Translations under genes and position numbers: made by a program
Notes under the pieces: model-generated
What the model saw: only the letters and a program-made list of their open reading frames with translations
Database searches by the model: none
What the model was told of the DNA's origin: nothing
Shown here: in pieces, positions 28,861-38,010 of the stretch
How positions within the stretch are numbered: position 1 is the first letter of the stretch
Layout of the letters: the number at the start of each line of letters is the position of its first letter
Origin: Candidatus Roizmanbacteria bacterium
GTDB lineage: Bacteria > Patescibacteriota > Microgenomatia > UBA1406 > GWC2-37-13
Assembly (NCBI GenBank): GCA_016201695.1
Contig: JACQCK010000044.1
Location: 27-64,026, forward strand
Direction of reading: 5' to 3'
DNA: 64,000 nt

Positions 28861-30744
28861 ATGGTAGCGGCGAAAAACGGGAAAAAGAACGGTTCCAGAA
28901 ACATCAAAAAACTGGCTGCCTTTAATTTCAGTTTTAACGTCAAAACACTTTTCATCCTTTTGTTCGCCGGTCTCTTTCTCCTTTATGCCTTCGGCTCGCT
29001 GAATCACGAATTCGGCAAAGCCTTTCCGGAAAAACCGCTGACAACCATTGTCAAAGACATAAAAGAAGGTAAAGTCGGCAAAGTCGAAGTCGTCGACAAC
29101 AAAATTCTTACTTTTTATAAAAACGACCAGCTGGCCGTATCATACAAAGAACCAAGCGACAGCTTTATGAAAACGCTTCGCGATAACGGCATTGATCCTT
29201 CATCAATAAACGTGGTTATCCGCGACACCCAGGGCTCGTCCGGGTTTTTAAATCTGATTGCCAACATTATTCCGACACTGCTCATGGTCGCGTTTTTTAT
29301 ATTTTTGTTCCGTCAGGCCCGCGGCGCTCAAGACTCGGTTTTTTCCTTCGGTCAGGCCAAGGTCAAACGATTCAACAAAGATCTTCCCCATACCACTTTT
29401 GCCGACGTGGCCGGAGTCGAAGAGGCAAAAAAAGAACTCGAAGAAGTGGTTGATTTTTTAAAAAACGCGGAAAAATATAAGAAACTGGGCGCGCGTATTC
29501 CCAAAGGAGTAATTCTCATCGGCCCTTCCGGATCGGGCAAAACGCTTTTGGCTAAAGCCGTCGCCGGTGAAGCAAACGTGCCGTTTTTTTCAATCGCCGG
29601 CTCCGAGTTTATGGAGATGCTCGTTGGCATCGGCGCGGCCAGAGTGCGCGATCTTTTTAACACCGCCAAAAAAAGTTCACCGGCCATTATTTTTATCGAT
29701 GAAATTGACGCGATCGGGAGAGCCCGGGCAACCGGCATCATGCCTTCGCACGACGAACGCGAACAGACCCTGAATCAGATTCTCGTTGAGATGGACGGAT
29801 TTACTCCCTCCGAACAGGTGATTGTTATTGCCGCCACCAACCGCGGCGACCTGTTGGACACCGCCCTGCTTCGCCCCGGCCGTTTTGACCGGCGGGTGAT
29901 TGTCGACTACCCGGATATTGAAGGCCGAAAATCGATTATTAAAATCCATGCCCGCGGCAAACCTTTTGCCGACGATGTCGATTGGGAGAAAGTAGCCAAA
30001 CGAACCGTCGGCTTTTCCGGCGCCGACCTCGAAAATATGCTTAACGAAGCAGCCATTTATGCCGCCCGTCACGATCGCGATAAGATCACCATGTCCGATC
30101 TTGAAGAAGCGGCTACCAAAGTAAAACTTGGGCCAGAAAAAAAACGTCTGCAAAGTGATCTTGACAAAAAACTTACCGCCTATCATGAAGCCGGACACGC
30201 CATTGTTTCTCACTTTCTACCCCACACCGACCCGGTCCACCGCATCTCCATCGTCTCGCGCGGCATGGCGCTTGGCTTTACTCTCATTCCGCCGGCCAAA
30301 GATAAGCTACACGAAACTAAAACGCATCTCTTGGAACAGATCGCGGTCATGATGGGCGGACGCGCCGCCGAAGAACTGGTTTTTAACGAAACCACAACCG
30401 GCGCGGCCAATGATTTTGATCAGGCAACCAGGATTGCCAAGGCGATGGTCGTTGAGTATGGCATGAGTCCGCTTGGCCCGATTAATTTTGGCCCGACCAT
30501 GGACATTACGGAATGGGGCAAATCATACTGGGAGCAAAACACCGTTTCCCAGGAAATGCTTTCCAAGATCGACGAAGAAGTGAAAAAAATCATAAACAAC
30601 AGCTTTGAACTGGCCATAAAAACCTTAAAATCAAACCGAAAGTATCTTGATAAAATCGCCGACGAGCTCGTCAAAAAAGAAGGACTCGATCAGGAAGAGT
30701 TCGAAAAGATTGCGGGACAAAAAAAGAATTCGGCCAAAGCCTAG
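28861..30744 (+). CDS. ftsH: ATP-dependent zinc metalloprotease FtsH
   Basis: GPSGSGKT, the AAA second region of homology, and the HEAGHA zinc site. Confidence 0.95.
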   Translation: MVAAKNGKKNGSRNIKKLAAFNFSFNVKTLFILLFAGLFLLYAFGSLNHEFGKAFPEKPLTTIVKDIKEGKVGKVEVVDNKILTFYKNDQLAVSYKEPSDSFMKTLRDNGIDPSSINVVIRDTQGSSGFLNLIANIIPTLLMVAFFIFLFRQARGAQDSVFSFGQAKVKRFNKDLPHTTFADVAGVEEAKKELEEVVDFLKNAEKYKKLGARIPKGVILIGPSGSGKTLLAKAVAGEANVPFFSIAGSEFMEMLVGIGAARVRDLFNTAKKSSPAIIFIDEIDAIGRARATGIMPSHDEREQTLNQILVEMDGFTPSEQVIVIAATNRGDLLDTALLRPGRFDRRVIVDYPDIEGRKSIIKIHARGKPFADDVDWEKVAKRTVGFSGADLENMLNEAAIYAARHDRDKITMSDLEEAATKVKLGPEKKRLQSDLDKKLTAYHEAGHAIVSHFLPHTDPVHRISIVSRGMALGFTLIPPAKDKLHETKTHLLEQIAVMMGGRAAEELVFNETTTGAANDFDQATRIAKAMVVEYGMSPLGPINFGPTMDITEWGKSYWEQNTVSQEMLSKIDEEVKKIINNSFELAIKTLKSNRKYLDKIADELVKKEGLDQEEFEKIAGQKKNSAKA

Positions 30745-30750
30745 ACTTTC

Positions 30751-31674
30751 ATGAAAACGATGCTTTTAATTGACGCCTACGCCATTATTCATCGTGCTTT
30801 TTACGCCATGCCTTCTTTTTCGACAAAAGACGGGACTCCAACCAACGCCGTCTACGGATTCTTGACCATGCTTGTAAAGTCCATTCAGGACTATCAACCC
30901 GACTATATTATCGTCTGCTTCGATACCCCAAAACCAACCTTTCGAAAAAAACTCTTTCCGCAGTACCAGACGCAACGGCCGAAAACCGACGATCAATTGA
31001 AAATTCAGGTGCCCCTCATCCGTACGCTCCTTGACAAAGGCGGAATTGCCCGGGCGGAAAAGGAAGGATATGAGGCCGACGACGTCATTGGCACGCTTGC
31101 CGCCAAATATAAGAATCAGATGCGTATCCTCATTCTGACCGGTGATAAAGATATGTTTCAACTCGTCGACCAAAATGTATATATTATTACTCCCAAAGTC
31201 GGCCTAAGTACGGTCGTCATGTATGACCGAAGCGGGGTCATCGAGAAACTGGGCGTTCCTCCGGAGCAAATCCCCGACTATAAAGCGCTCGTTGGTGACC
31301 AGTCCGACAACTACAAGGGCGCCAAAGGCATCGGACCCAAAACCGCCATTAAGCTTCTTAACGACTATCAAACCAGCGAAAAGATTGTACAAAACGCCGC
31401 CGCTATCAAAAATGAGAAGGTACGGCATCTAATTGAGTCGAACCGCGCCGAAATTGAGCTTTCAAAAAAATTGGCGACGATTATTACCGATATCCCGTTC
31501 GATATGAGTCTGGCCGATTGTTCGTTTTCCGCCTTCAAACCCGGCCTTAAGGACTTTTTGATCGATCTTCAGTTTAACTCTCTTACCAAGCGTATTTTTC
31601 CGCCAAAAGCCACCGGTCCGGTAAGCAAATCGGACGGTAAAAAAGAGAAACATCAGCTGGATTTATTTTCCTGA
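30751..31674 (+). CDS. Stand-alone 5'-3' exonuclease / flap endonuclease (Pol I N-terminal-domain homolog)
   Basis: GTPTNAVYGF, EADDVIGTLA, LTGDKDMFQLV, GIGPKTAIKLL motifs. Confidence 0.85.
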   Translation: MKTMLLIDAYAIIHRAFYAMPSFSTKDGTPTNAVYGFLTMLVKSIQDYQPDYIIVCFDTPKPTFRKKLFPQYQTQRPKTDDQLKIQVPLIRTLLDKGGIARAEKEGYEADDVIGTLAAKYKNQMRILILTGDKDMFQLVDQNVYIITPKVGLSTVVMYDRSGVIEKLGVPPEQIPDYKALVGDQSDNYKGAKGIGPKTAIKLLNDYQTSEKIVQNAAAIKNEKVRHLIESNRAEIELSKKLATIITDIPFDMSLADCSFSAFKPGLKDFLIDLQFNSLTKRIFPPKATGPVSKSDGKKEKHQLDLFS

Positions 31675-31699
31675 TTTTGCTATCATTTGCGAGTAGTAT

Positions 31700-33472
31700 A
31701 TGTGCGGAATTTTTGGCATTGTTAACGACGGCACTTCACAAGCCGCGCAAACCGTTCTTGACGGATTAAAAAAACTCGAGTACCGCGGATACGACTCGTG
31801 GGGTATCGCCATCATTCCCAAGTCCGGCGGGAGAATCCGGATAGAAAAGCATGTTGGTAAAATCGGCTCGGCCAAAACAACTCTTCCCGATAGCACGATT
31901 GCCATCGGCCATACGCGTTGGGCGACTCACGGCGGAGTCACCGACATCAATGCCCACCCGCACCTCGACTGCTCCGGCCAGATCGCCGTCATCCACAACG
32001 GCATCGTCGAAAATTACCAGGATCTCAAAGAAGAGTTAAAAAGAGAAAAACACACCTTTCACTCGGAAACCGACACCGAAGTCATCGCCCACGCCATTGA
32101 AGAAGAATTAAAAACAGGCCGATCAATAAATCACGCCGTCTTTAGCGTTTTTAACACCCTCGTTGGCTCAAATGCCATCGGCGTCCTCGATCTTCATGCC
32201 GGTTCAATCGTTATTTGTCGCAATGGTTCACCGCTTGCAATCGGTATCGGCAGCAACTCGTACTATCTCGGTTCCGACGTAACCGCCTTTTTAAAATTTA
32301 CCCGCCGGGTTTATTTTCTTGCTGACGGCGAAGCCGCCGTACTTACCGTAAACGGGGTCAAGCTTTATGACATTTCGTCGCAGGCCGAAAAAAAACTCGT
32401 CACCCATACCGTTGACTGGAAAGTCGAGGATGTCCAAAAAGGCGGCTACCCCCACTTTCTCTTGAAAGAGATTATCGAGCAGACGGCCACCATTAAAAAA
32501 ACCGCCCGTCTAAACGAGACCGAACTAAAACAAATCGCCAAAAAAATAGCCGACGGCGGGCGGGTAGTACTCTGCGGTTGCGGAACCGCTTTTTACTGCG
32601 CGCTTGCGGCCAAATATTATTTTTCCTTAGCCGGAATCGAGGCGCAGGCATACGGCGCCTATGAATTTTTACCTTTTGCCAAATTCGCCGACAAAAAAAC
32701 GTTGTTTATTGCTATTTCCCAAAGCGGCGAAACCGCCGATACCCTCATTGCTGCCAAAGCGGCGAAAAAAAACGGCGCCCATCTGATTGCGGTTGTCAAC
32801 GCGCGCGCCTCAACGCTCGAACGTCTGTCTGACACAATTATTGCCGTTGGCGCCGGGCCGGAAATCGCGGTCGTCTCGACCAAAGCCTTTACCGCCCAAC
32901 TGGCCACCCTTTATCTTCTTAGCCGGGCGGTCGGCGGAAAATATAAGGAAGCGCAAAAAGCCATGACCAATCTCGGCGCGGTTCTCGAAAAATGGCTTAC
33001 CCCAAAAAACAGAACGGCCATTCTTAATTTGGCCAAAAAACTGATTGATTATGAAGATATGTACCTCATCGGCAAACACCTCAACTTTCCGGCGGCCATG
33101 GAGTTTGCTCTTAAGATTAAGGAAACCAGCTATATCCACGCCGAGGCGTTTGCTTCTGGCGAACTAAAACACGGTGTCATCACTCTCATCCAAAAAGGCA
33201 CACCCTGCTTTGCTTTGTTTGCCAATGACGAAACCAGGCAGGAAGTGCTCTCAAGCGCGACCGAACTCAAGGCGCGTGGAGCAACTATTATCGGTATTTC
33301 GCCTTTTGCAGCGCCGGAATTTAATTACCATATACAGACACCGGAATTGGGAGATTTGACGATCTTCGGCAATATTATTGTCGGGCAACTGCTGGGGTAC
33401 TATTTGGGGATCGGCCGGGGCACCGATCCGGACAAGCCCCGTAATCTGGCCAAAAGCGTAACGGTAAAGTAG
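31700..33472 (+). CDS. glmS: Glutamine--fructose-6-phosphate aminotransferase
   Basis: MCGIFGIV N-terminal nucleophile, two SIS domains, ...AKSVTVK terminus. Confidence 0.95.
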   Translation: MCGIFGIVNDGTSQAAQTVLDGLKKLEYRGYDSWGIAIIPKSGGRIRIEKHVGKIGSAKTTLPDSTIAIGHTRWATHGGVTDINAHPHLDCSGQIAVIHNGIVENYQDLKEELKREKHTFHSETDTEVIAHAIEEELKTGRSINHAVFSVFNTLVGSNAIGVLDLHAGSIVICRNGSPLAIGIGSNSYYLGSDVTAFLKFTRRVYFLADGEAAVLTVNGVKLYDISSQAEKKLVTHTVDWKVEDVQKGGYPHFLLKEIIEQTATIKKTARLNETELKQIAKKIADGGRVVLCGCGTAFYCALAAKYYFSLAGIEAQAYGAYEFLPFAKFADKKTLFIAISQSGETADTLIAAKAAKKNGAHLIAVVNARASTLERLSDTIIAVGAGPEIAVVSTKAFTAQLATLYLLSRAVGGKYKEAQKAMTNLGAVLEKWLTPKNRTAILNLAKKLIDYEDMYLIGKHLNFPAAMEFALKIKETSYIHAEAFASGELKHGVITLIQKGTPCFALFANDETRQEVLSSATELKARGATIIGISPFAAPEFNYHIQTPELGDLTIFGNIIVGQLLGYYLGIGRGTDPDKPRNLAKSVTVK

Positions 33473-33499
33473 TATTAACAGCGAAAACTAACTGGCGGG

Positions 33500-34378
33500 T
33501 TATTTTCTAAACGGTTCGACCAGTTTTTCGCCGACAAAGTTCGCCGAACACCACGCCTCGACGGGAAGTTTACCTGCCCGGGAGAAATTAGGCACAGAGA
33601 TCGGTTGCTTTCGTCCTGACACTTTTTGAAGAAACCTGCCTATCCGTCCGATAACCGGCGCGCTAGGCACAACATACAGTTCGTGTTCCCGAATGTTATA
33701 ATAATATCGACATTCTCTTCCCGGCTCCACTGACCGTGAATTGACATCTGCTATCCACTCGGGAAAATAAAAATCACCCAACTCTTCTATCACTGCGTTT
33801 CTAAGATTGGCTAAACGCGACTTTATCCGCGGCCCCGACCGCCCTTTTAAATCTACTTTAAAGCGGGCATATTCGCTTGCTAATGATTCAAACTCAGCCC
33901 GTAGCTGGTCAAACTCACCCGGCTTTGTTTTAGACAGTAAGTTAAAAGCGGCAACTATTTTTTCTAAATCGCTGGTCACCCACACAGTGTTAGAACTGCC
34001 GTCCAATTTTCTGATTTCAATAACGGGTCTTGCGCCGGTCTTTTTCCGGGCGCCATTTATACCGTCCTGGCGCAAAGCGGAGGCAGAACTTTCACCGGAA
34101 ACAGCTGCCTTCGCCGGCTCTTCTTTAACGACTCTGGCTTCCTGAATGGTCATTTCCCGCGGCCGGAAAACCGACTCCGGCGACAGTGTTATCACTTCAG
34201 GCAACACCGATCCTTTTACTTGGCAGAAGTACATTAGTAATCTGACTTTCGCCTGTGTATAGTCATGTTCGGTTTGTTGATGTACGTTGTGATAATCTGA
34301 TTGTGCATCTCTCCAAGCCACATAAGTATTATGGATCGCCAGTATGTTGGGATACCTTAACTCTCTGTCTTTAAACAT
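33500..34378 (-). CDS. Hypothetical protein
   Basis: 292-aa ORF; no motif recognised. Confidence 0.45.
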   Translation of the reverse strand: MFKDRELRYPNILAIHNTYVAWRDAQSDYHNVHQQTEHDYTQAKVRLLMYFCQVKGSVLPEVITLSPESVFRPREMTIQEARVVKEEPAKAAVSGESSASALRQDGINGARKKTGARPVIEIRKLDGSSNTVWVTSDLEKIVAAFNLLSKTKPGEFDQLRAEFESLASEYARFKVDLKGRSGPRIKSRLANLRNAVIEELGDFYFPEWIADVNSRSVEPGRECRYYYNIREHELYVVPSAPVIGRIGRFLQKVSGRKQPISVPNFSRAGKLPVEAWCSANFVGEKLVEPFRK

Positions 34379-34435
34379 ACTCGTTATTACAGCATTTTTT
34401 TTATATTTTATGGACTATGGGATTGTCAAAATAAC

Positions 34436-35341
34436 CTAAACTCTGCTATTTATGATATACGAAGAAACGGTGCGGGCGAGCTTCGTATCTTTACCGGTAA
34501 ATCCGTGGTCGGCGCCGGGAACAATCGCGTACTCAAATCCCGGCTGATATCTTTTGAGAATGGCAACGGCCCGCGGTACGTCTCCCCAGGCGTACTCATC
34601 AAGCGCGCCATATACAACAAGCGTCGGTTTTTTTATCGCTTTAAAGTAACGGAACAACGGTTTTCTCGACAGTTTTACTTTATTGATCACCTCATAAAAA
34701 GGAAAGACATTGTAGTCGCCGTTCGGATCGGCCGTATCATAAAACGCCCGATAGGAAAAAAAGTCGGCCGGCATAAGCTCGCCAATGAGCTCTTCGCCCA
34801 GGCCTTTTTCTACTTTTTCTTCAGCTTTGCGCAGTAGGGTATTAAATTTTTCTTTGCCAAAAAGTTGATAATATATCCCGGTATCGTCGCCGCCGCAAAC
34901 CGACACGTATTTTTTGACGGCATTTTTCGGCCGGTAATGATCGTAAACGCAGATTTTGTTGGCGCCGGTTGAGACGCCGATCAGATAAAATTCGCCGTAT
35001 CCCCGCGCTTTAAGAAAAGCGACGGCGGCTTCGATGTCGATAACACAGTCTTTTATTTTTTCGTAGGCCATGCCAAAAAATTTTCTTTCGGTCCGGCCGT
35101 TTTTCCAAACATCCAATTTTTTGATAAGATGCGCCCCGCGGTTGTTGAAAAAAAGGACGGCAACTCCGCCTTCGTTCAATTTATGAGCTAACTCATAGTT
35201 CTCTTTATAGAAGACCGAACTGCTGCCGTTGCCGTGAAGATAAATTGCGACCTTGGTACCGCCGGCCGGGGCAAACAAAAGACCCGGAAGCGTTAATCCG
35301 TCCGCCGTCCTAAACTGTACAAACTCCGCCGCTTTCATCAA
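34436..35341 (-). CDS. Alpha/beta-hydrolase fold protein
   Basis: HGNGSS...GVSTGAN nucleophile-elbow-like motif. The likely start is ATG 35338, preceded by TGcTACAAT-N6. Confidence 0.6.
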   Translation of the reverse strand: MMKAAEFVQFRTADGLTLPGLLFAPAGGTKVAIYLHGNGSSSVFYKENYELAHKLNEGGVAVLFFNNRGAHLIKKLDVWKNGRTERKFFGMAYEKIKDCVIDIEAAVAFLKARGYGEFYLIGVSTGANKICVYDHYRPKNAVKKYVSVCGGDDTGIYYQLFGKEKFNTLLRKAEEKVEKGLGEELIGELMPADFFSYRAFYDTADPNGDYNVFPFYEVINKVKLSRKPLFRYFKAIKKPTLVVYGALDEYAWGDVPRAVAILKRYQPGFEYAIVPGADHGFTGKDTKLARTVSSYIINSRV

Positions 35342-35378
35342 GGTATTGTAGCATAATCTCTTCAGAAAATTGAGCTTG

Positions 35379-36260
35379 TTACAACAACCCGCCTTTAAGA
35401 ATCCGGTACTTTCTGTTTACTTCCCAAATTTGGGCTAACCGATCAAAATTCTTTTCCGGATCGAGCATAATTTTGGCCAATTTGTCAAGCTCAAGCCGAT
35501 CGTCTTCGGTAAGACTGTCCCATTTGGAATAAAGATACGCCGGACTATGCAGATAGACAATCTCATTATTCATTAAACAATGAAAATCGTAAAATAAAGC
35601 CCACCCGACCACTTTTAAACCTGCGGCCGGTTTTGCATTCCAAAAATGATCGGCGTCAACTTTTCCTTCTCTTATTGCGAGCCACGCTTTCGCCGGATAA
35701 TCAAACGCGTCGGGCGGCAAATCATACATGTCAAATCCCGTATTGTGCAGACTGCCATCAACATCTATTATGATCCACCTGCTTTCTTTGTCACTCCAGT
35801 ATTCGTTTATCCAGTGGTCCGAACTTAGGCCTTTCTCCTCGGGAAAATACGAAGCGTTTCCGGAACGAACTCGGCCGGGAATTCCTTTTGCTTTAAGAAT
35901 GCTTGCCATAAGCAAAGTAGTATGCCGGCATGTCAGTACGACCTTATTCTGTGGTTTTCTTTTCAGAGTAAATCCGCGGCTATCTCTTCGAAAAAGCTCG
36001 GCGATTATGGATACGGCGGTGTTAAAGTAATCATCCTCGGCCTGCCGCGACCAAGGAACTTTTGTCATGTCGCCATACTTTAGATCTTCGTTTGAACCGG
36101 TATTACCGGCGGCCAGAGTGGTACGATGTATCAGCTGTTTTCTTACCAGAAGACCCAATTCACGAATATTATTGGTAAGTGATTTTAAATAATTTTCATA
36201 TAATCCGGGATAGGTAAACTGACTGTATTGAAGATAGTGATCTAGTACTTTCTTATTCAT
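35379..36260 (-). CDS. Transglutaminase-like (Cys-His-Asp) domain protein
   Basis: LTCRHTTLLMASILKAKGIPGRV ... SDHWINEYW ... WIIIDVD. Confidence 0.55.
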   Translation of the reverse strand: MNKKVLDHYLQYSQFTYPGLYENYLKSLTNNIRELGLLVRKQLIHRTTLAAGNTGSNEDLKYGDMTKVPWSRQAEDDYFNTAVSIIAELFRRDSRGFTLKRKPQNKVVLTCRHTTLLMASILKAKGIPGRVRSGNASYFPEEKGLSSDHWINEYWSDKESRWIIIDVDGSLHNTGFDMYDLPPDAFDYPAKAWLAIREGKVDADHFWNAKPAAGLKVVGWALFYDFHCLMNNEIVYLHSPAYLYSKWDSLTEDDRLELDKLAKIMLDPEKNFDRLAQIWEVNRKYRILKGGLL

Positions 36261-36333
36261 GCTGCTTTTGCCTCGATCGAAAAACCCGGTAAAACTTTAG
36301 CTCTATTATAGCAGAGCAAAAGACGGATAATTT

Positions 36334-37038
36334 TTACCCCTTAGGCGTATTGGATTGCTCGAAAATGACAGGTTGATTTTTGCTTATCGTTTCTGCGCGA
36401 CGGACCAGTGTTTCGCTCATACCCCACCTTGCCGCGATCCAATCATGTCTTACCATCCATCCGACCAATTCCTTAAGATGTGCGTCTCCCTTTTCCGCCG
36501 CAATAACCGCCGCTTCGCATAAAGCGTTGGCGATAACGTTGGCGCGATCGCGCTCTTCTTGACGTTTTTCCGGTTGTCCGTCAGTGACCAGAACGGCGTT
36601 CCACCGGCAGTATCCATCAAGGAGAAAAAAACGGAAAACATCAGCCGGATTTCCATTATCGATACTACCCGGGTTTTGATAATATCCACCCCGAATATCC
36701 TCGTTGAGAATAGGAAGTGTAGCAAGAAGGGTTTGTGTCCATTTTTTTCTTTGGGACCGATCCGCCCAGGAAAATAACTCGGGCAGATTCGTAACCGGGT
36801 ATTTTTTACTCTCTTCAGTAGTCCCGCAAATATTCACAAGACTCGCGTCTCTTTTTTCCGGAGAACGCAATAAAAAATTAACTTCTCTGATCGCGCGGTT
36901 TAGCAAACCCACTTGGTATTTATAGAAAGGCGGTTCGCCTTGGGTAGCTGCCTCTATCGCCGTTTGCAACACGGGCTGCGCTGAAAAAAAAGGTGCCGCT
37001 TGCCTTACAGCGTCGCGTTGCCCGAGTTCTGTCAACAT
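36334..37038 (-). CDS. Hypothetical protein
   Basis: 234-aa ORF preceded by a perfect TTGACA-N17-TATAAT-N6-ATG. Confidence 0.55.
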   Translation of the reverse strand: MLTELGQRDAVRQAAPFFSAQPVLQTAIEAATQGEPPFYKYQVGLLNRAIREVNFLLRSPEKRDASLVNICGTTEESKKYPVTNLPELFSWADRSQRKKWTQTLLATLPILNEDIRGGYYQNPGSIDNGNPADVFRFFLLDGYCRWNAVLVTDGQPEKRQEERDRANVIANALCEAAVIAAEKGDAHLKELVGWMVRHDWIAARWGMSETLVRRAETISKNQPVIFEQSNTPKG

Positions 37039-37044
37039 AGTCTT

Positions 37045-37073
37045 ATTATAGGCTTATTTTTATAATTTGTCAA
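37045..37073 (-). promoter_or_regulatory. Perfect consensus promoter TTGACA-N17-TATAAT, 6 nt from the ATG at 37038
   Basis: -35 at 37073..37068, -10 at 37050..37045. Confidence 0.7.
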
Positions 37074-37126
37074 TGCCTGGGTCGAAGGTTGTTGTCGGAA
37101 TGAAGTTAGCGTCAGTCCGATATTTT

Positions 37127-37930
37127 TCATCCCTGGGATGCATAAGTAATATTAGGAGCTTGCTCTCTCTGGAATACATAATAATAATCTAATCTTGATT
37201 CTCGTAGACTCATTACCCTTAGATTATTGATTCCTATTTCAAAAGAGGCAGCAATAGCCGGCCGCAAATTATCAGGAACGCTCAAGTATGGGTAGGGGTC
37301 GGTTGAATCTAGTATTAGACTCCCCCAGGGACTCAACGATCTTCCTAAAATAGAATAATCTCTGTCAGGCGTAGTTGAATGAGTCAAAGCGTTGTATTCA
37401 TGTACAACGTCTAGATTTCCAGACAACTTGATGCGTTTATTTTTAACATTTATTGTTCTATTAGGTATATGACCTATATCGGTTTTTATATATTGAACCA
37501 AATGCATATTGTTCTCTAAAAATACTCGCATATTATCATCTCTTAACAGTTTACTGACGTTGGTTCGATCCGGTAAAAATTCTAGATTACTTACGATCAA
37601 CACAACTTTACCCTGCGAAACCAAATCTGAAAGAAAAATAGCGATGGCGATGCTCGATACGCCAAAGCCGCCTCCGATATCCAAATAAACAACCGGTCTT
37701 TTTATCGAAGCGTTACCCGCGAGTTCTCGAATATGCTTTACAATAGTTAATTGTATTTTTCCAAGTTCTTCAAAGCGCGGCGAACCAACGTCAAAATGAA
37801 ATCCATCTATATAAGGATACGGGGAGACTCCTGAACGTAGTTTTTCTTCACGATCTTTAAGAAGTGCTCTTGCCGCGATGACTCGTTCTCGAAAGGCCGG
37901 CCCTATCCCTTGAGGATATTCTTTTGCCAT
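37127..37930 (-). CDS. SAM-dependent methyltransferase-like protein (low-GC gene)
   Basis: VVYLDIGGGFGVSS motif-I-like. Hand counts on 60-nt lines give about 23-28% GC, against >50% in flanking genes. TGaTATAAT-N7-ATG lies upstream. Confidence 0.45.
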   Translation of the reverse strand: MAKEYPQGIGPAFRERVIAARALLKDREEKLRSGVSPYPYIDGFHFDVGSPRFEELGKIQLTIVKHIRELAGNASIKRPVVYLDIGGGFGVSSIAIAIFLSDLVSQGKVVLIVSNLEFLPDRTNVSKLLRDDNMRVFLENNMHLVQYIKTDIGHIPNRTINVKNKRIKLSGNLDVVHEYNALTHSTTPDRDYSILGRSLSPWGSLILDSTDPYPYLSVPDNLRPAIAASFEIGINNLRVMSLRESRLDYYYVFQREQAPNITYASQG

Positions 37931-38010
37931 GACCGGTATTATATCAACTATACTTGTGACTTTGTTCGGCCGGTATTAATCGCTTTCCAACAAGATGCAT
38001 TAAATATTCT

